Positions 10,076 to 24,956 of a stretch of 64,000 nt of DNA are shown here, in pieces. The translations under genes and the position numbers were made by a program. Positions within the stretch are counted from its first letter, which is position 1. Each line of letters starts with the position of its first letter. A model generated the notes under the pieces. The model searched no databases. It was not told the DNA's origin and saw only the letters and a program-made list of their open reading frames with translations. The stretch comes from Felis catus (Eukaryota), in the NCBI RefSeq assembly GCF_018350175.1, contig NC_058368.1:200200001-200264000 (forward strand), given 5' to 3'.

Positions 10076-11509
10076 CTTAAAATAAAAGCATTGCTGATTT
10101 CTCAATCAGTATCATTACATAAATCCTAGTCAGTTAAAAGTGAGCAATTCAACCAGTGGTGAATAAATGGTTCAAGCCACTGCATAACTTTACAGAGTTA
10201 GAAATTGTTATCAAATTGTCCTTTCTCAGTAATTCTGAATCAAAGGAGACTTCAGCCACTCTTTAGGTAGATAAATAGACCAAAACGTAGCACTAACTAA
10301 TCTTATAAGTAAGCTCAAGACACACACCGCTTACCCTTGATGAAAAGTGACTGACTGATTACTATTTGATGATTAGGAAAATTTTCCCTCAGAATAAAAT
10401 AATAATTTTATGAAGACATACTATGTGATAAGGAAGCAATTTATGACATAAAGAAATTAATGACCACACTATTGTTCCAGGAAACATTTATCAGCAATTA
10501 TGTTAAATATATTTCACATTAAGCAGGTAAGAATTATTGGTTATTGGAACTTTTCATACCAATAGTTAATAGTGGGTATGGTAGCCATTAATAGTGTTTC
10601 ATTTTTAATTAAAATTAATTACTTATTAGTCAATATTGTTATTTGATGATGAATATGGTTTTTTCTCAGCAACAATAAAACCTTTCCAAAGATATTCCAT
10701 AGGGAAGAAAATTTATATATTGCAAATATCAAAGATTGTATAATTTTCCAGTACAAATTACCAGCAATTACATTAAATGCCGTTAGTATTTAATTTAGGT
10801 TAATATTAATTATTTATGTTTTTTACACATCAGTTATTTCCCAGTGAAAGGTGTTAGTTGGTTGGTTATAAAAAAGCTACTTATAGGTAGATACTCCCAA
10901 TAAGTATCTTAGAGTAAACTGAAGCCCAGGTGACGTTGTACATAATAGCACTGACCCCTCTGAAACTGGCTTTCAGGCCAGAATTGATGTTAACTCTAGT
11001 TGTGGGAACCCATCCAAGCTATCAGGTTATAAGGGGACCACAAAACTTCTAATGTCCATGATTAGAGGTATGGAACAGGGAAACATTTTCTATCTCTAAG
11101 GAATTGGGGCTGGTGGATTCTTGCTTCCAATTTGAGGCTCTAATTTCAAGAATTTCTATGAACAAAACCATGCTCAGTTGACTACAGTGTCCATGTAATG
11201 AATGTCCATCATTATGGCAGAGGATATTTCCCACTTAAGACCTCTCTTGGAGACCAGGCCATTTAAGAAACCACCTCCAACCAGGTGGAAGAAAGAAGAA
11301 TATATCAATAACATGATGTTGTCCAATGTTTAGTCATCCATAACCCAGGTGACTGAGTGTTCAGAATCTCAGAGATTAGACACCTAATACAAACCCAGGA
11401 AACCCCACAAAATAGGTGCACTAACTACTTTTACATGTAGAAAATTGTTCATTCACTGAACATCTTGGAAGCAACACTATGGACCAGACATCTTAAGGGG
11501 ATGGGTTTG

Positions 11510-11790
11510 GGGATTAGGAAGACATGATCTTAAATCTTAGTCTTTCCACTTACTCTCTGTATGGTCTTGGGCAATTTACTTTCTAAGTCTTAATTTCCTC
11601 ATCTGTTAAGTGGAATTCAAAAAAGTTATACCATTTGTTCATTTGTTCATGTTTACAATGAACTTAAGTTTATTGAAGACCTATTGTATGCCTACTACTC
11701 TCCCAGGTGGTGGTTGTTACTAGGATTAATCAAGATAATAATTAGTCTAATGTTCGGCACTTACTAGCTGTTTAACAAATAGTAGCAGTA
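11510..11790 (+). mobile_element. MIR (with small L2 piece)
   Basis: CCACTTACTCTCTGTATGGTCTTGGGCAATTTACTT...TTTCCTCATCTGTTAAGTGG MIR core. Confidence 0.65.
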
Positions 11791-12264
11791 GCTATTGTTT
11801 TTGTTCCTATTATTATTAACAAGGTTGAAATCTGAGAAGTCTGTGGAGGCTTCTTCATCTTGGTAAATACTTTGAACTGAGAAAATATATTTCACTGAAA
11901 CTTGGCCTGGGCAACAACTTGCTGACTTTATTTCCAGATGAATCTGTCAGTAGATATTGGCAGACGTCCTTATTAAAGTGGCAGATTTCATCTTATACCT
12001 TGGCCTCCTTATGTCCTTTCACTACTAGTTACTTATGCCAGTCTATGTCCACAGGTTGCCCAAACAGTTTCTTATCACAGACTTGATCTTGCATTCTGGT
12101 GTTAGAAGGTAATATTCTAAACTCATTAAGAGTAACATACCCAATTCTATCAACTATTAGCTGAGGAGTTTGGCTTGTGACAACCTTGTTCTTTACTCAG
12201 CCAGAATACCCCATTCACACCAATTAATTATGCTGCTTTACCTGAACTTCCAGCCCCACTGATA

Positions 12265-12835
12265 TGTAACTGTAAGGATTGAATTTTATTTTAGGTAATA
12301 GAATGCCCTAATACCAAAAATTTAGACAATAATGACATTTAATTATCGTAAGTAACTAGAGGTCTGGTGGTACAAGATGGTCACAACAACTCAGTGATGT
12401 TACAATGATTCACGTTATTTCTTTCTTTCTATTCTTTCCCACTCAGTGGATGAGCATTGTGGTGGTCCATTCAGAGTCACAGTAATATCCAGAGCTCTAA
12501 GCCTCATACTTTCCTACAGCAGCATTCTAGGTAGGAAACAAAAGAGTGAAGGTAAAAATGGAAAAAAAGAATTATCTATTATACATACATCTATTGATAC
12601 ATCTATATAATACATCTATTATCCTGTATATCTAGCCAACTTTCTCTTTAGTTTACTTGCCTATAATTAGGTTATACACATACCCCTACACAAATTTTTG
12701 GGGAAAAGAGAATACAACTATGAAACGTGATTTATCCATGGGCTGATTACATTATCACACAAACTGAACTAGGGTTTTCTTAGCAAGGAAGAAAGGGATA
12801 ATGCTTTTTGCATAGTGACTGAATTCCTGCCAGCT
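12265..12835 (-). mobile_element. Old MaLR LTR (MLT1K/L-like)
   Basis: CAACTCAGTGATGTTAC, CAGCATTCTAGGTAGGAA and AGGGTTTTCTTAGCAAGGAAGAAAGGG motifs. Confidence 0.5.
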
Positions 12836-15800
12836 GCTGGTGATTAGGCATTGCCTAGACAAAATGTGTTTGGTGTAATAAGGCTGCCAGTCCACACTTC
12901 TGGGCAACAAGAAGCTTAGAGTGGCCTCATAGGGGCTGGTATTTTTACCCTTTTCTTGAGCCAGAGACACCACTAGCCCATGCTAGGACCAGAGTGTAAC
13001 TTCTTCACGTTGTGGGCTCCATGAGTTCCTTTTTGCCTTTATTTCCTTCTTTTCTATAGCCGCTGTCCTTTGTGCATTATAACCTCTATTTTAGACACTT
13101 ACGTTTGTTACTAAAACCCTACCTTTTAATCATGAAGTCCTGCAATCAATCTGGTGCCCCAAGATGGGGAACCCAAGTTCTCAAAGAAATGGAGCTAAAT
13201 TTTCAAAGCCTCATGTGTGTATTGGTGTGGAAATCATGGTATATAATATTTATCCCATTTCAGCCTTTCACATATTTCCCTTTGGGTGAGAATCTATTTC
13301 CTCTGGCACTGTGCATGTGAACTGGTAAGAGACAGCCTTCTCCCACCTTACCTTCATCCTGGCTTCTGTCCCCTGCGCTTGTCTCTGCACTTCTTCCTCA
13401 ACACAAGTAGCCAAAGAATCAACTGATCAAGTCACTCTGTACCAAGTCAGAGTTGGTTTTTATGCCAAGCCTTGAAAGATAGATGCATTGCATGTTCGAC
13501 TTGCCAGTGACAATCAAAATTGATTGTAGGCAGTGGTCAATAACTGAGGAAGAAAACGCAAAGACTAAGTAGCTGTAGTACTGAGGAATGCTGAAATGAT
13601 GATCACTCACAGACTTTTTTTTTTAGTTCTCCTGGAAGTAGCAAAATCAACAGAATTTTTTGTTTTAAAATAAAGGGACCTGCATACTTATATATTGCTA
13701 ACTATATTTCAGTTTTCATTCTTATTGTACAAACTATGGGACAGTTGAAACTGCTTTACTATTGCTCTAAGAACCTACAATCACTTCATAAACATGATAC
13801 CTGCTAATCCTTATAACTTGTAAAATTGCAAGACGTTTACTTCATCATGTTTCTTTTCAGAACTCCAATAGCCACACTAATTATTGCTTCTCCTTTAAAT
13901 TATTTGCCATGGCCATTTATTTATGCTGTGTGTAAATTTTAAAGTAGCCCAAAATAATTGTCAGTACTTGAACTTGATTTTTAAGGATGTGATCCTCTCA
14001 TTGTGACATGAATCAGTGAATATTAGTTATGTAAAAAAATAACATGAGTGGTCTAAATACAAAGTTTACTTTGCTGCCAGCCTACCTCCTCTGGAATTTC
14101 TAACTTCTCTTGACAGTTGTGTTATTGACACCTTCAACCAAGCAAAGAAGAGTTTCACTCCTAACGGTAAAGCTCCATCCATATCTTTCCTTCTATCTTC
14201 CTTCAATTAAATATTTTATTTCCCCAATATAGCAAACCACAATCAAAAGAACAGCAACAAAAACTAAATTAAGTTTAAAACAAAGCATCATGCATGCACA
14301 CACTCACACACATAAACGCACCCCATATTAGCAAGAGATAATACAAGCAAATTGGGATTTTCCTTATGTTCTTATTTTTGCCTGTTTTTATTTATTTAAC
14401 AATCATGTAATATGTCCTAAAATCACAAAATTCAGTCTGCAGGATCCTATAAGACTGCATGGTGGTTCACTGATAGTAGTAAATTTAAATAGAAGCCCAC
14501 ACTTCAAAAAAAAAAGTAATAAATAGAGTGTCATGAATTCTGTAACATTTGTTATGTTCATGTCACAGAAATTTTCTACAATTTTTAATGCAGTATTAAA
14601 TTTACTACTGCCACAGGAGAATTGCTAGGGCTCCAGTAGAAAGCAACATATATGCATAGCTAAAGACATTTATTTAATAAAGTAATTTGGAATTTTCATT
14701 AGATTCTGGCTTCTGTGGGAGCAAATGTATGCAGTGAGGTCATTCTGTCTAGACAAAGTCTATTTAATTTTCTTACCCCAAATCAAACAAATTACTTATC
14801 TATAGATCTAGGCTTACTCTACAATATCCAATATGGTTAGTTGCACCTGGGTGTTTGACTCCTACAACAAGATGACATAATTTAGCTTCATTTTTACCTC
14901 ATTGCCATGATGATCTTGTAGTCCAAAGGTTATCGAGAGATTTTACTTCTGGTAATGTAATCTTTGTCAATCAGTTAATTTTATTTGTCATCTGTGTTAA
15001 AATATCTTGCCACTTTTGAGTAATAACAGAACTCAAATGTTTGTAATTTTAAAATAAGATGGGAGTTTGAATGGTGCTATATATTTATAATTATTATTAT
15101 AAATTTGTTTAATAAGTGTTTTGATTTAGTCATCTAAATATGGAATAATAATAGGATTAAAAAATACATAAAAAAGAATGAAGACTACTGATTATCAGAT
15201 GCCATATATTGCATAGATATTTTATTGATTATCATTTATTTACATCAAACTGTATACTAATACTAAAATATATTAATCTCTGCTATTACCTGATCTTAGC
15301 TCTTGATGTCTTATATCGTAGCCAATATTGATCTTATTGATCTTAGCTCTTGATGTCTTATATTGTAGCCAAGAGTTTAAAAATTTTCTTATTGCATGTA
15401 ATGATTACAGCAAGGGTTTTGTCCACACATGAAGCTGCTATCAGTAATTGGTATGCCATAGTGGAAGAATTTAATTTTATGAGTAAATCTTCTAAAACTC
15501 TATTTTTATATGTTCAAAAACAAGTTTTTCTTAAGGAAAAAATGATTCTTCTTTACCATGAGGATTTTGGCCACATGTTTATCTTGTCCCAAGTCCACTT
15601 AATTGTTTTGTTTGCTGTTTTTAAGTTTTGTTTGTTGGTGGTGTATTCTAGTATCTTGAAATACTAGGTTTTTCCTACCTAGAATTCTTATATGCAGTCA
15701 TTTATTTTGTCATATTTTCAAGGTGCATCTTTCCAAAGGAGATCCTACTGCTGGGGAATGTTATCAGATTTAAACGTTTTTATGACTTTTGATGAACACT

Positions 15801-17326
15801 GTACTTGATGGCTTTTTTTTTTGTCCATCTCAGCATATATTTAATTTTGTATACGCATATATTTAATTTTGTTGATTTTGTTGAATATCAGAGGTAATTT
15901 ACAGTTGTTATTGAAGTTTAATATCAGAGCTCATACATTTTTTTTTTGGTAATTTTTCTGGTGGAAGAAGGGAACGGTGATGAATTGTAGGATCATACCT
16001 AAGCGTTGTCTGAATTTATCCTATTCTAAAAATCTCTACAGGCTTACCAAACATTTGAGTACTGCCTTTGAATGATAGTAATACTGCTGGTGAGTTTCAA
16101 AATTATTGCCAAAATGGGTATAAATATATTAGAAATTAAAATATACCCAGTACTTTTTCTTAATTATAGAATAAAGGCTTTCCTAATGTTTTTCATAATT
16201 AAAATCCATTACTTTTTAAATTTTACACTGAAAATTCACACTTACATAATTGTAACTATTTATAAGGATACATGAAATCTGAAGTACTGATAATAAGATG
16301 ACTATTTTAGTTTGTGGGGTTATTACCTCATTAGATTTAATGTATTCAGAGCAGCTATACTTTTATACAGTTGCTATTAAGTAGTCTTCTGCTAAGTAAC
16401 ATTTTTTTTGTATCCAGAAAATTGAATCTCCAATTTTTAAATAACAGGGCATTTGATAACTAAGCCCTAGCCCTTTGTTTCCTAAGTAATGTGGCAGTAG
16501 TAGGACACAGACAATAGTAAAATACATAGACTCAGAAGTGGTATTGTTCATTTATTTATTCCAAAAGAGGGCAGCAGAAGTCTATTTAATATGACTCCTC
16601 TGTTGTGTGCTGCCGTCTTCTGCTCAGTGGTTATTTCTGAGTAACCCACTCTTACTTTAAAGTTAGATAGTGATTCTCCCCTACTCAAAATATGAAATGA
16701 AAATAAAACCCAATAAGTAAAACCAAGTTTATTGTGAAAAATATTTAGAAGAAAATAATAATTAAAAAAATATATAACCTTACCTAAAGCAGGTAATTTA
16801 AGATGTCAAAAAGATAAATTTCTTTAATGCCGTGGTTTTCTTTGTCTCCCTCTTACCAACTTCAATTAAAACCAGAATAAAATTGTTTTCTCCTTCATTT
16901 ATTCTGTGTTCCCATCATTCTAATACATAATTGTTGGGAAAAAACTCATCAATTGCACATAAAGCATCAACATTGTATTATAAAGTGGATTTTTAAAAGA
17001 GTGAATATGTGAATATAGTTTTCAACAAAATTTTGGGATTAAAAAAATGAAAACCTTTTGCCTGAGAAATCAGATATGATTTTAGGCAAACTGTTTAGGT
17101 ACATTCAGTAACTGGTCTAACAATGATAATTTGAAGTGCACTTCTGCCTATTCATTTTCATTTCTCCTTAAACAAAAATTCAGTTTTGAACTGACACCAA
17201 CAGAGCAAGCAGCTAACTGCTTATTTTTCCTTCTTATTCCTTCTTTATACACAGGTTTTCAGACTCAAATTTCTATTTGTTAGCCATTTGGGAAATAGTA
17301 CTTTCATTTTTTTAATGGTTAATCTT

Positions 17327-17545
17327 TTTTCATTTTTAAATATTTTTTAAAATATTTTTTAAAGTTTATTTTTGAGAGAGAAAGAGAGACAGATTGTGAG
17401 TGAGGGAGGGGCAGGGATAAAGGGAGATAGAATCTGAAGTAGGCTCCAGGCTCCAAGCTGACACAGGGCTCCAACCCATGAACTTTGAGATCATAACCTG
17501 AGCTGAAGTTAGACACTTAACCGACTGAGCCACCCAGGCGCCACC
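17327..17545 (-). mobile_element. Can-SINE
   Basis: Antisense SINE with a small internal deletion; TSD AATGGTTAATCTT at 17314-17326 and 17550-17562. Confidence 0.93.
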
Positions 17546-18379
17546 AAAGAATGGTTAATCTTAAAAAACATCAAGCGTGAACTTAGTTTAAAATTTTTGG
17601 GATTGAAACCAATGAAAAATAGGAAAACAGAAAAATGTCTGAAAATTTCAATTATCCTTGGCTTTTCTGTAGTTGTAGTCAATGACCACTACCTTCAAGA
17701 GGGACAGAAGGAAATAAGGAAGTAAAAGGGAGAGTACTGTGCTAAGTTTACTGTCTTCTAGCGTCAGTATTCTGTGCAGTTGTACATGGTAATGTTAGCG
17801 AAGTGACAAATTTCTCACAAATTAACTCTTCCTACTATTGATTTAATTTTTTATTTGGTACTTTCACACATTTTTAGAACCATCTTTCATTAATAGGTAT
17901 GTATTTAGCCAAAACTAAGTAGTAATATTTGGTAATGAATAATGCATACACTAAATATTGCATGGAATGTGATGGCATAGCACTGGCACACTGTAAGCAC
18001 TCTTTATTAATACTATAATTATTGTCACTTTTGTTGTTGTTACTGTTATTACTCCTTTATAACTATCTCTTTCTCCAGCACAGAAACACACTTTTATAAG
18101 TCAACCTGCAGAGCATTTCTTGACAATCATGTGTCAGATCACTGGGAGTGGATGGGATAGGATTGCTGTGAATTAACAGGAGTTTTTGCAGCCTGAGGCA
18201 TAGATAGCTATAGATAACACTTATAGAACATGTATTTTATGACACGCACTATGCTAAGTATGTTATGTAAATTTTACCACCTAATCCCCAAAGAAGAAAA
18301 CTGAGGTTCATTAGTAGAGCAACTCCTTGTTATGACAGAAAAGCACTGATCTCCAAAACTTTCAGGTCAGGAAGAATTA

Positions 18380-19960
18380 GTTCAGTGCAAAATAAGAGAG
18401 TTGAATGCTTCTCCAGCCTCATCTCTCTAGAGCTGTTCTCTTAGCCTAGTTTGCTCACTCCATCTCAGGTGCCTTCTGCTTTTCTTCTTACCCCTTTCAA
18501 CGAGGTTCTTGGTAAAAGATCCTCATTTAGTCTTTTATTCTCATACTATAACTATTGCATAGATTTAAGCTACTGTTATTTCCCCCAGACTCTGCATTTT
18601 AAAACTTGCTAAGTATTGTGGGTTGGATGCCTTGCCATCAGTGAAGGGGGTTTCTGATATCATTTAATATGTGGGAGATATTGGGCCTTTTGGGGACTTG
18701 TGGTGGTAGCAACAAGGTGTCCTTTCAGGATTTTCAAATCACAACATATGTCATAAAGATTTCTCAGGTAACAGATAATTACAGTTCTACATATCTAGGC
18801 CTAGCTGCGGAGTCTACAACAATATATGGATAAGAAATACATGCCAGGCGTTTTATACATATTGATTAATTTAATCCGCAAAGAAATCCTATGAAGAAAT
18901 ACTGTTCTTGTCTTATTTCTGTTTTACAGTTGGGAAAACTAAAGCAAGAAGGAGTTCGGTGGCCTGACAGGGATAGTAGAATATTATTAAATGTGGCCTC
19001 TGGCTCTAGAGTCTAATGCTCTTAACCACTTCTTCTTTCTTTTCTCCTTTAAATCTATTTCTCTTTTCCAGGGTTTCACCTACCTTGGTTCTCTTCAAGT
19101 CTTTCTTGTTGCTCTTTCTATAAAGGGTATTATTTTAATTGTTGGTCACAGCTACCAGTTAGGGCAACCTAAATATGAATTTCTAGACTAACTTGCTACA
19201 GTATTTTCAAGTGCCTACCAGCATATCCAAATGGATTTCCCCAGCCTTTTCAATCCCAGCAAATCCCAAACATAAATGACCTCCCATGCAAAACCATTTC
19301 TTTCCTCATGTTAACTGCTTAAAAGCATCATCATCCACTACCCTAATAAAGAATATCAAAATTTGGGGTTGTCTGTGGCTCTTAATTATGCCTAACACCC
19401 CAAATCTGTTTAACAACCAAATCTAGCCTTTAAACGTCTTTTCTTAAAATTCTAGCTTATTGAGGTATAATTAACCTTTAAATGATTTTAAATCCATCTC
19501 GTATCTTCTCTAGTGCTGAAAGCTTTGTTGAAATTTTCCTTTTGTGCCACCTGACTACCGTGTCACTCTTTTAAATGCTACCACTGACATTTGTCTTTCC
19601 TCTATTGATTGTTTCCCACAATTCTGCCACTATGGTTATCGTTCTAAAACGATCTTGTAACTTCCCTGCTTTGAAGTAAGACATCAGCATCGTTCCAATG
19701 CTTAAAAGATAAACTTTTCTTCCTTTTCTGGCATATAAGGCTTTCCACAGAAGTAATGAATTCCTTTGTCAGTATCAGCTCCTGCCTCTTCTCCCACGTG
19801 TCCTGTGCCCCAGCCGCAACACATTCTGTCATTTGTCCCATAGCTCTTCCACATCTCTGGGCCCTTGCTCATACCTTTATCCTCTTGGAAAATAAATTTT
19901 ATCTTTCTAACTCTGTTGAAATCTCATGGCTTCCTTTCTGAACACCTTCGGGCAGAATTG
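18380..19960 (+). mobile_element. Fragmented L2, interrupted by an antisense MIR (~18830-19030) and unidentified sequence
   Basis: L2-like TCTAAAACGATCTTGTAACTTCCCTGCTT and GGCATATAAGGCTTTCCAC; MIR-like TTTTACAGTTGGGAAAACTAAAG and AATGCTCTTAACCACT. Confidence 0.5.
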
Positions 19961-19994
19961 ACTCAATTTCATGACATGGGAGTTTTCCTTATAA

Positions 19995-20900
19995 TTATCT
20001 AATTTTTATTTTGAGAACTTTGGTGCAAACAAAAACATTCTTAACATATAAGAAATTAAGAAGCATAATAATAAATCACACTATGAGACCACTAAAGAAT
20101 TTATGAAATAGATTATGACAGTCCTATTGAAGTTACCTGGATGTACTTCTCTACTGCCCCACCCTGCCTCCAATTGAATAAAACCACTATGCTGAATTTA
20201 GGGTGTATATTTCTTTTGCATTTTAAAATAATGTAACCAGGCATGTATGTATTTTTTAAAATGTAATGCATATTTCTTGTTTTTGAAGTTTACTAAAATG
20301 GTGTCATACTCTATACAGACTTTCTGCCAGTTTGTTTTGCTCACTCAATGCAATATTTCTAATATTCTTTTAAAAAAATTTTTTTTTCAACGTTTATTTA
20401 TTTTTGGGACAGAGAGAGACAGAGCATGAACGGGGGAGGGGCAGAGAGAGAGGGAGACACAGAATCGGAAACAGGCTCCAGGCTCTGAGCCATCAGCCCA
20501 GAGCCTGACGCGGGGCTTGAACTCACGGACCGCGAGATCGTGACCTGGCTGAAGTCGGACGCTCAACCGACTGCGCCACCCAGGCGCCCCAATATTTCTA
20601 ATATTCTTGTATGGTATTGCTTGTGGGCTGAGGGTGATTTATTTTCACAATTCTATTGTGAGATAACTTTACATTTAGTTATGTGTTCTCTTAAAGATTA
20701 ATGCTTGGGTTCTCCTCAGTTTTTAAATATTATGTTGCTGTGAGCACTCTTGAGCATTGCATGAGTGAAAATGTGTGGAAATTACTTTTGGGCATATAAC
20801 TAGGGTCGGAATTATTAGGAGAATAGACGCTCGTTCAACTTTAGAGGAAAAAAGAAAATTGTTCTCAAAAATGCGTGTGTCCATCAACAGTGGATGTTGC
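19995..20900 (-). mobile_element. Old L1M 3' end fragment, interrupted by a SINE
   Basis: AAACCACTATGCTGAATTT, TTTTGCTCACTCAA, GGGCATATAACTAGGGTCGGAATT, CCATCAACAGTG. Confidence 0.65.
20370..20590 (-). mobile_element. Young feline Can-SINE (SINEC_Fc-like)
   Basis: Near-consensus body with CpGs retained; perfect TSD (C)AATATTTCTAATATTCTT at 20351-20369 and 20590-20608. Confidence 0.97.
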
Positions 20901-21099
20901 CTCTTTATTATACAGAATTTACATGCTAGCATTCTCCAGTGAACAGTGAAGTCTCAAAGTCAGGGACTATATTTCACTCTTCTCATTATCAAATACCCGG
21001 CTCAGAGCTTAGGATGTAGTAGGTGCACAACAAATGTTAAGTGATTGCATACACAATAGCTTAAGTACCAATTAAGATGAACATCAAGAAAATCGAGAT

Positions 21100-21304
21100 G
21101 GGGGTGCCTGCATGGCTCACTTGGTTAAGCCTCTGACTCTCAATTTTGGCTCAGGTCATGATCTCACAGTTTATGAGTTTGAGCCCCTCCTAGGGCTTTG
21201 TGTTGACAGGGTGGAGCCTGCTTGGGATTCTCTCTCTCTCCCTCTCTGTACTTGCTCACTCATGTGTTCTCTCTCTCTCAAAATAAATATATAAACAAAA
21301 AAAA
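21100..21304 (+). mobile_element. Can-SINE (older)
   Basis: GGGGTGCCTGCATGGCTCACTTGGTTAAG head, (CT)n region, AAAATAAA tail. Confidence 0.93.
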
Positions 21305-24300
21305 GGAAAGAAATGGATGGTTAGGGCAAGAGAGGAAATTATATATTATTCAATTTATAGAATGACTTCAGGTTAGTTCCAGATGTCCTTCCTTTTCTTC
21401 CCCTATGAAATAGTGCTAAAACCATTTGGCCAGAACTAAAAATTATATTTGTCTTTTTAGGAGACTTAATATTTACTGATTTACATGGAAAATTATTCAA
21501 TATTTTGAATATTTTATACCATTTATTGATACACTATCTGGATTCTAGGAATTTTTAATCTTCATATTATTTGTCTTTCAAAAGCCAAAAGATCCTGTTA
21601 ACTTTGTGGAAACCTTTTATGTAGAAATGTGCTTTTTGAAGTATTCTTTTATAATGTTTTCTGATAATTTTGGTAAAGGACATAATGAAGATTAAAAAAA
21701 GAAAGTTTTCATGTCTAGAGCTTTGCTTTCCAGAAGGACACTTATATAATAGTATTAATGTAATAATTTCCATAAACCATCTGTGAATGGAAAGATCTAA
21801 TGAGATGTCTTATTAGATCCATTTAGCTGTTGAGGCAATGGAGGCATGAGTAAATAATATGATTTGTTCATGATGTGGCTTTTCTGACTTCGGTCTGGTA
21901 CTCTATTAATATCAGTCACTTCAGAAAATTTTTTAACTCTTTCTCTAGATGAACATTTTACTGAGTATCTCATAATCACTCTATTATTTTCCCTGCATAT
22001 AATTACATGATTTTTTTAACATATGACTTTCATCTGTTTTTGTTTATTCAAAAAGTGTTCATGTGGCCATTCCTTATGTGTGTTGGAATCCCTTTATTTC
22101 TTAAAATATTTTGAATTCCTAGATATTAACATTTTATTTTCTGCCTATGTATCTTATTTATATAGCACATACCACCATATACGTATGCTTCCCCTCCAAA
22201 ATGGAGGTTTTATGACAAACAGAAATGAGAGATTCTCCATAAAGTGAGAATAGACTTTAAATCTCGGTTTCTGAAGAAGCTAAACCATTTAGCCATGTAT
22301 GGAGAAACTGCTCCTGGAGAATCCCCAGATTTTTAAATGGGAAAGAAAAGAGGTCAGCTCATCTTACCAAGTATCACTGTGTTTTGTAAGATTTTATTTT
22401 CTGAAGACACTCAATTCTTTTCACTTTCACTTGAAATTGCCCCCAATTAATACTGGAATAAATGTAAATATCAGCTTTTACTAAGGCTAATTGTGAAATT
22501 GAATACTCCTCATATAGGGGATTTGTGATGTTTGCAGAGGCGTTTTGTCAGCAGTTTTTGTGCTATTTAAAAGATCAGTGCCTAATGGGATTAAGTTAGA
22601 TAATCAAATAACAAACTGAAATCTGGGTACATGGTTTGATGCCTGTAGAGTACTTCCTTGATGAATATAAATGAAAAGTGTCTCGTGGTTAGGGATAGAA
22701 GTCACCATGCCACTATGCATGGCATTTCTGCTAAGTCAGCACCTTGGCATGAAATTGAGACTTAGAGCGAGCAGGAGGAGGGGGAGGGGATGATAAAAGA
22801 AGAAATCTGACAGGGTTTCATGCTAGTGGAATGGACAATGTCATGTGATATTTTGAGCAATAGTGGATTTGGAAATATTGAAGAAAACCAACAGATGCAG
22901 ACAGTGATGGCTGCAATCAGTGTTTAATTTTTTAAGTCTGTATCCTGTACCAATTATTTGACAACTAATTTGTATAGCTCCTTGCTTCATTTTCCTTTTA
23001 AAGCATGCTTACTTTTTCTTCAAATAGAACAAGAATAAGTGCTATGTTTACAATTTCATGCTCTGTTTTGCACCAAGAGCTCCTTCTTAGTGTTAATTTT
23101 TCTCTAAAAAATGGTCATTTGGGTATTCACAATTTCTTCTTTTTAATAAAAACATAATTTATCTTTGAAACAGTTTAAAATATGAAAGAAATAATCTTAT
23201 GATCATAGTGTCATCATATATATATATATTCACATTTATGTATATGTGTCTGTGTTAATATATGTGATATATATACATATAAATAGTTATCAGAGTGAGT
23301 TTATCAATGCATTTTTTACAGAACTTTATATTCTTAGTTTTTCATATCTTAAATTTAGTGAAGTCCAAAATATTCCATCTGGTAAATTGTTTAATAATTT
23401 CATTATTACCTTATTACTAAATATTTGGTTTTCTTCTTTCCTGGTACTTCTTGTTATTTAACCTCATGGTATGAAAAAACATGATTTTTCATTGGTTTTA
23501 TCTTGTATACTTGTTTTAGACATGTGGTGACAAAGATTTTCTTACAAGTCTTCCACATCTTTATTAAATACTTTAATATCCCTTAAGTTCTCTTTCTCAT
23601 CATCACCTGTAGGATTACTAACCTCAAGCTCTTCAGTCTCCCTGGTCAACTAAAAGCATATGGCAGATCATTGATGTTTTAATTAGACTAATTTAAGTAT
23701 AAACTTTATAGAAAAGTGCAAGTAATGGTTTTCTAATGAAATTTGCATATTGTACTCTTAGATTGGCCAAATTATTTAATATCGGATAACTTTTTAATGC
23801 CCAGAAAATAATCCGATTCAGGTAACCTCACTCTTTCTTTCTTTAACCCTGGTCAATGTTCTTATAGAATGCATAGAACGTGACTTTAAAAATGAGCTGA
23901 AACCAGTTTGTGATTGTTTGACTCTTCTTGTAAGTTTTCCAAATACTTAGTGCACATTTTTTACATATCACAACTAGATTCTAGTTCATCTTTATGTAAC
24001 ATATAAGTTATGCATGTGGAATATGATGTGAAAAGTTATCTCTCTAGGATAACAAAACTATGTATAATAAATAAAACTTGATGTTGCACTTACTTTTTTT
24101 CTTTACTGAGTGCTTGTAGATGGTACCATTTTATTGAGAGCCAGCTTATAATGTACAAAATTTGCTGCAGGAATATATATAGGCTTTACCAGGCCATATA
24201 CATTTTTACTAACCACAATGTTGGTTCATAATCCATTTTCATACATTTTAGTCTTGAGATGGATCCTTCTTAAGTAAAAGAAAGATGAATTGAATCTAGT

Positions 24301-24956
24301 TTTAGTATAACATAGTGTTGTGCTAATTATTCCTTATCTAATTTATCTGATTAATGTCCGCTTTCAAAGTGAGTAGTTGGATATTTTTAAATTATTTCTT
24401 AAAGAATTATCAATTAATTTCTAAATATTCACAATTTTCACTGGTCATTTTTGTTGGCTCTATTTTTTTGAAATTACCTATTATGATTTTATTATGCATA
24501 TAAATATATCTAGTGGTTTACTTTGGAGAGGAAAGTTACAAGAAGTACATTTGATTAATATATTTGAGTTAAAGTGAATGCAGAGCTAAAGAGAATTGCA
24601 GAAAGAGTAACATTTAAGCAAGGGCTCCATATCCTCTTTTGGTCTCTCATTCCCCCTGTCTTTTTCTCTCTCCTGCTCTCTCTATTTGTATATCATCTTT
24701 CCTCATTTTTTGGCTGATGAACAAGTGGGGTCAGGCATGTTACAAACTGAATGTCAGGGGTGTGTAAAGCTTAGAAAAAGAACAGGAGGAGCAAACCTAA
24801 GTAATGTCTCAGGTCTGTATTTTTAGATAAATCTTCATTACTAATATTAAGGTCATGTAACCTAAAGTACATGTAACAAACCCTTTCATCCAGGATATGG
24901 CCACATTATCAATGTAAAATTGGATAACTATTATGAAGAGCAGATAAGAATGTAGA

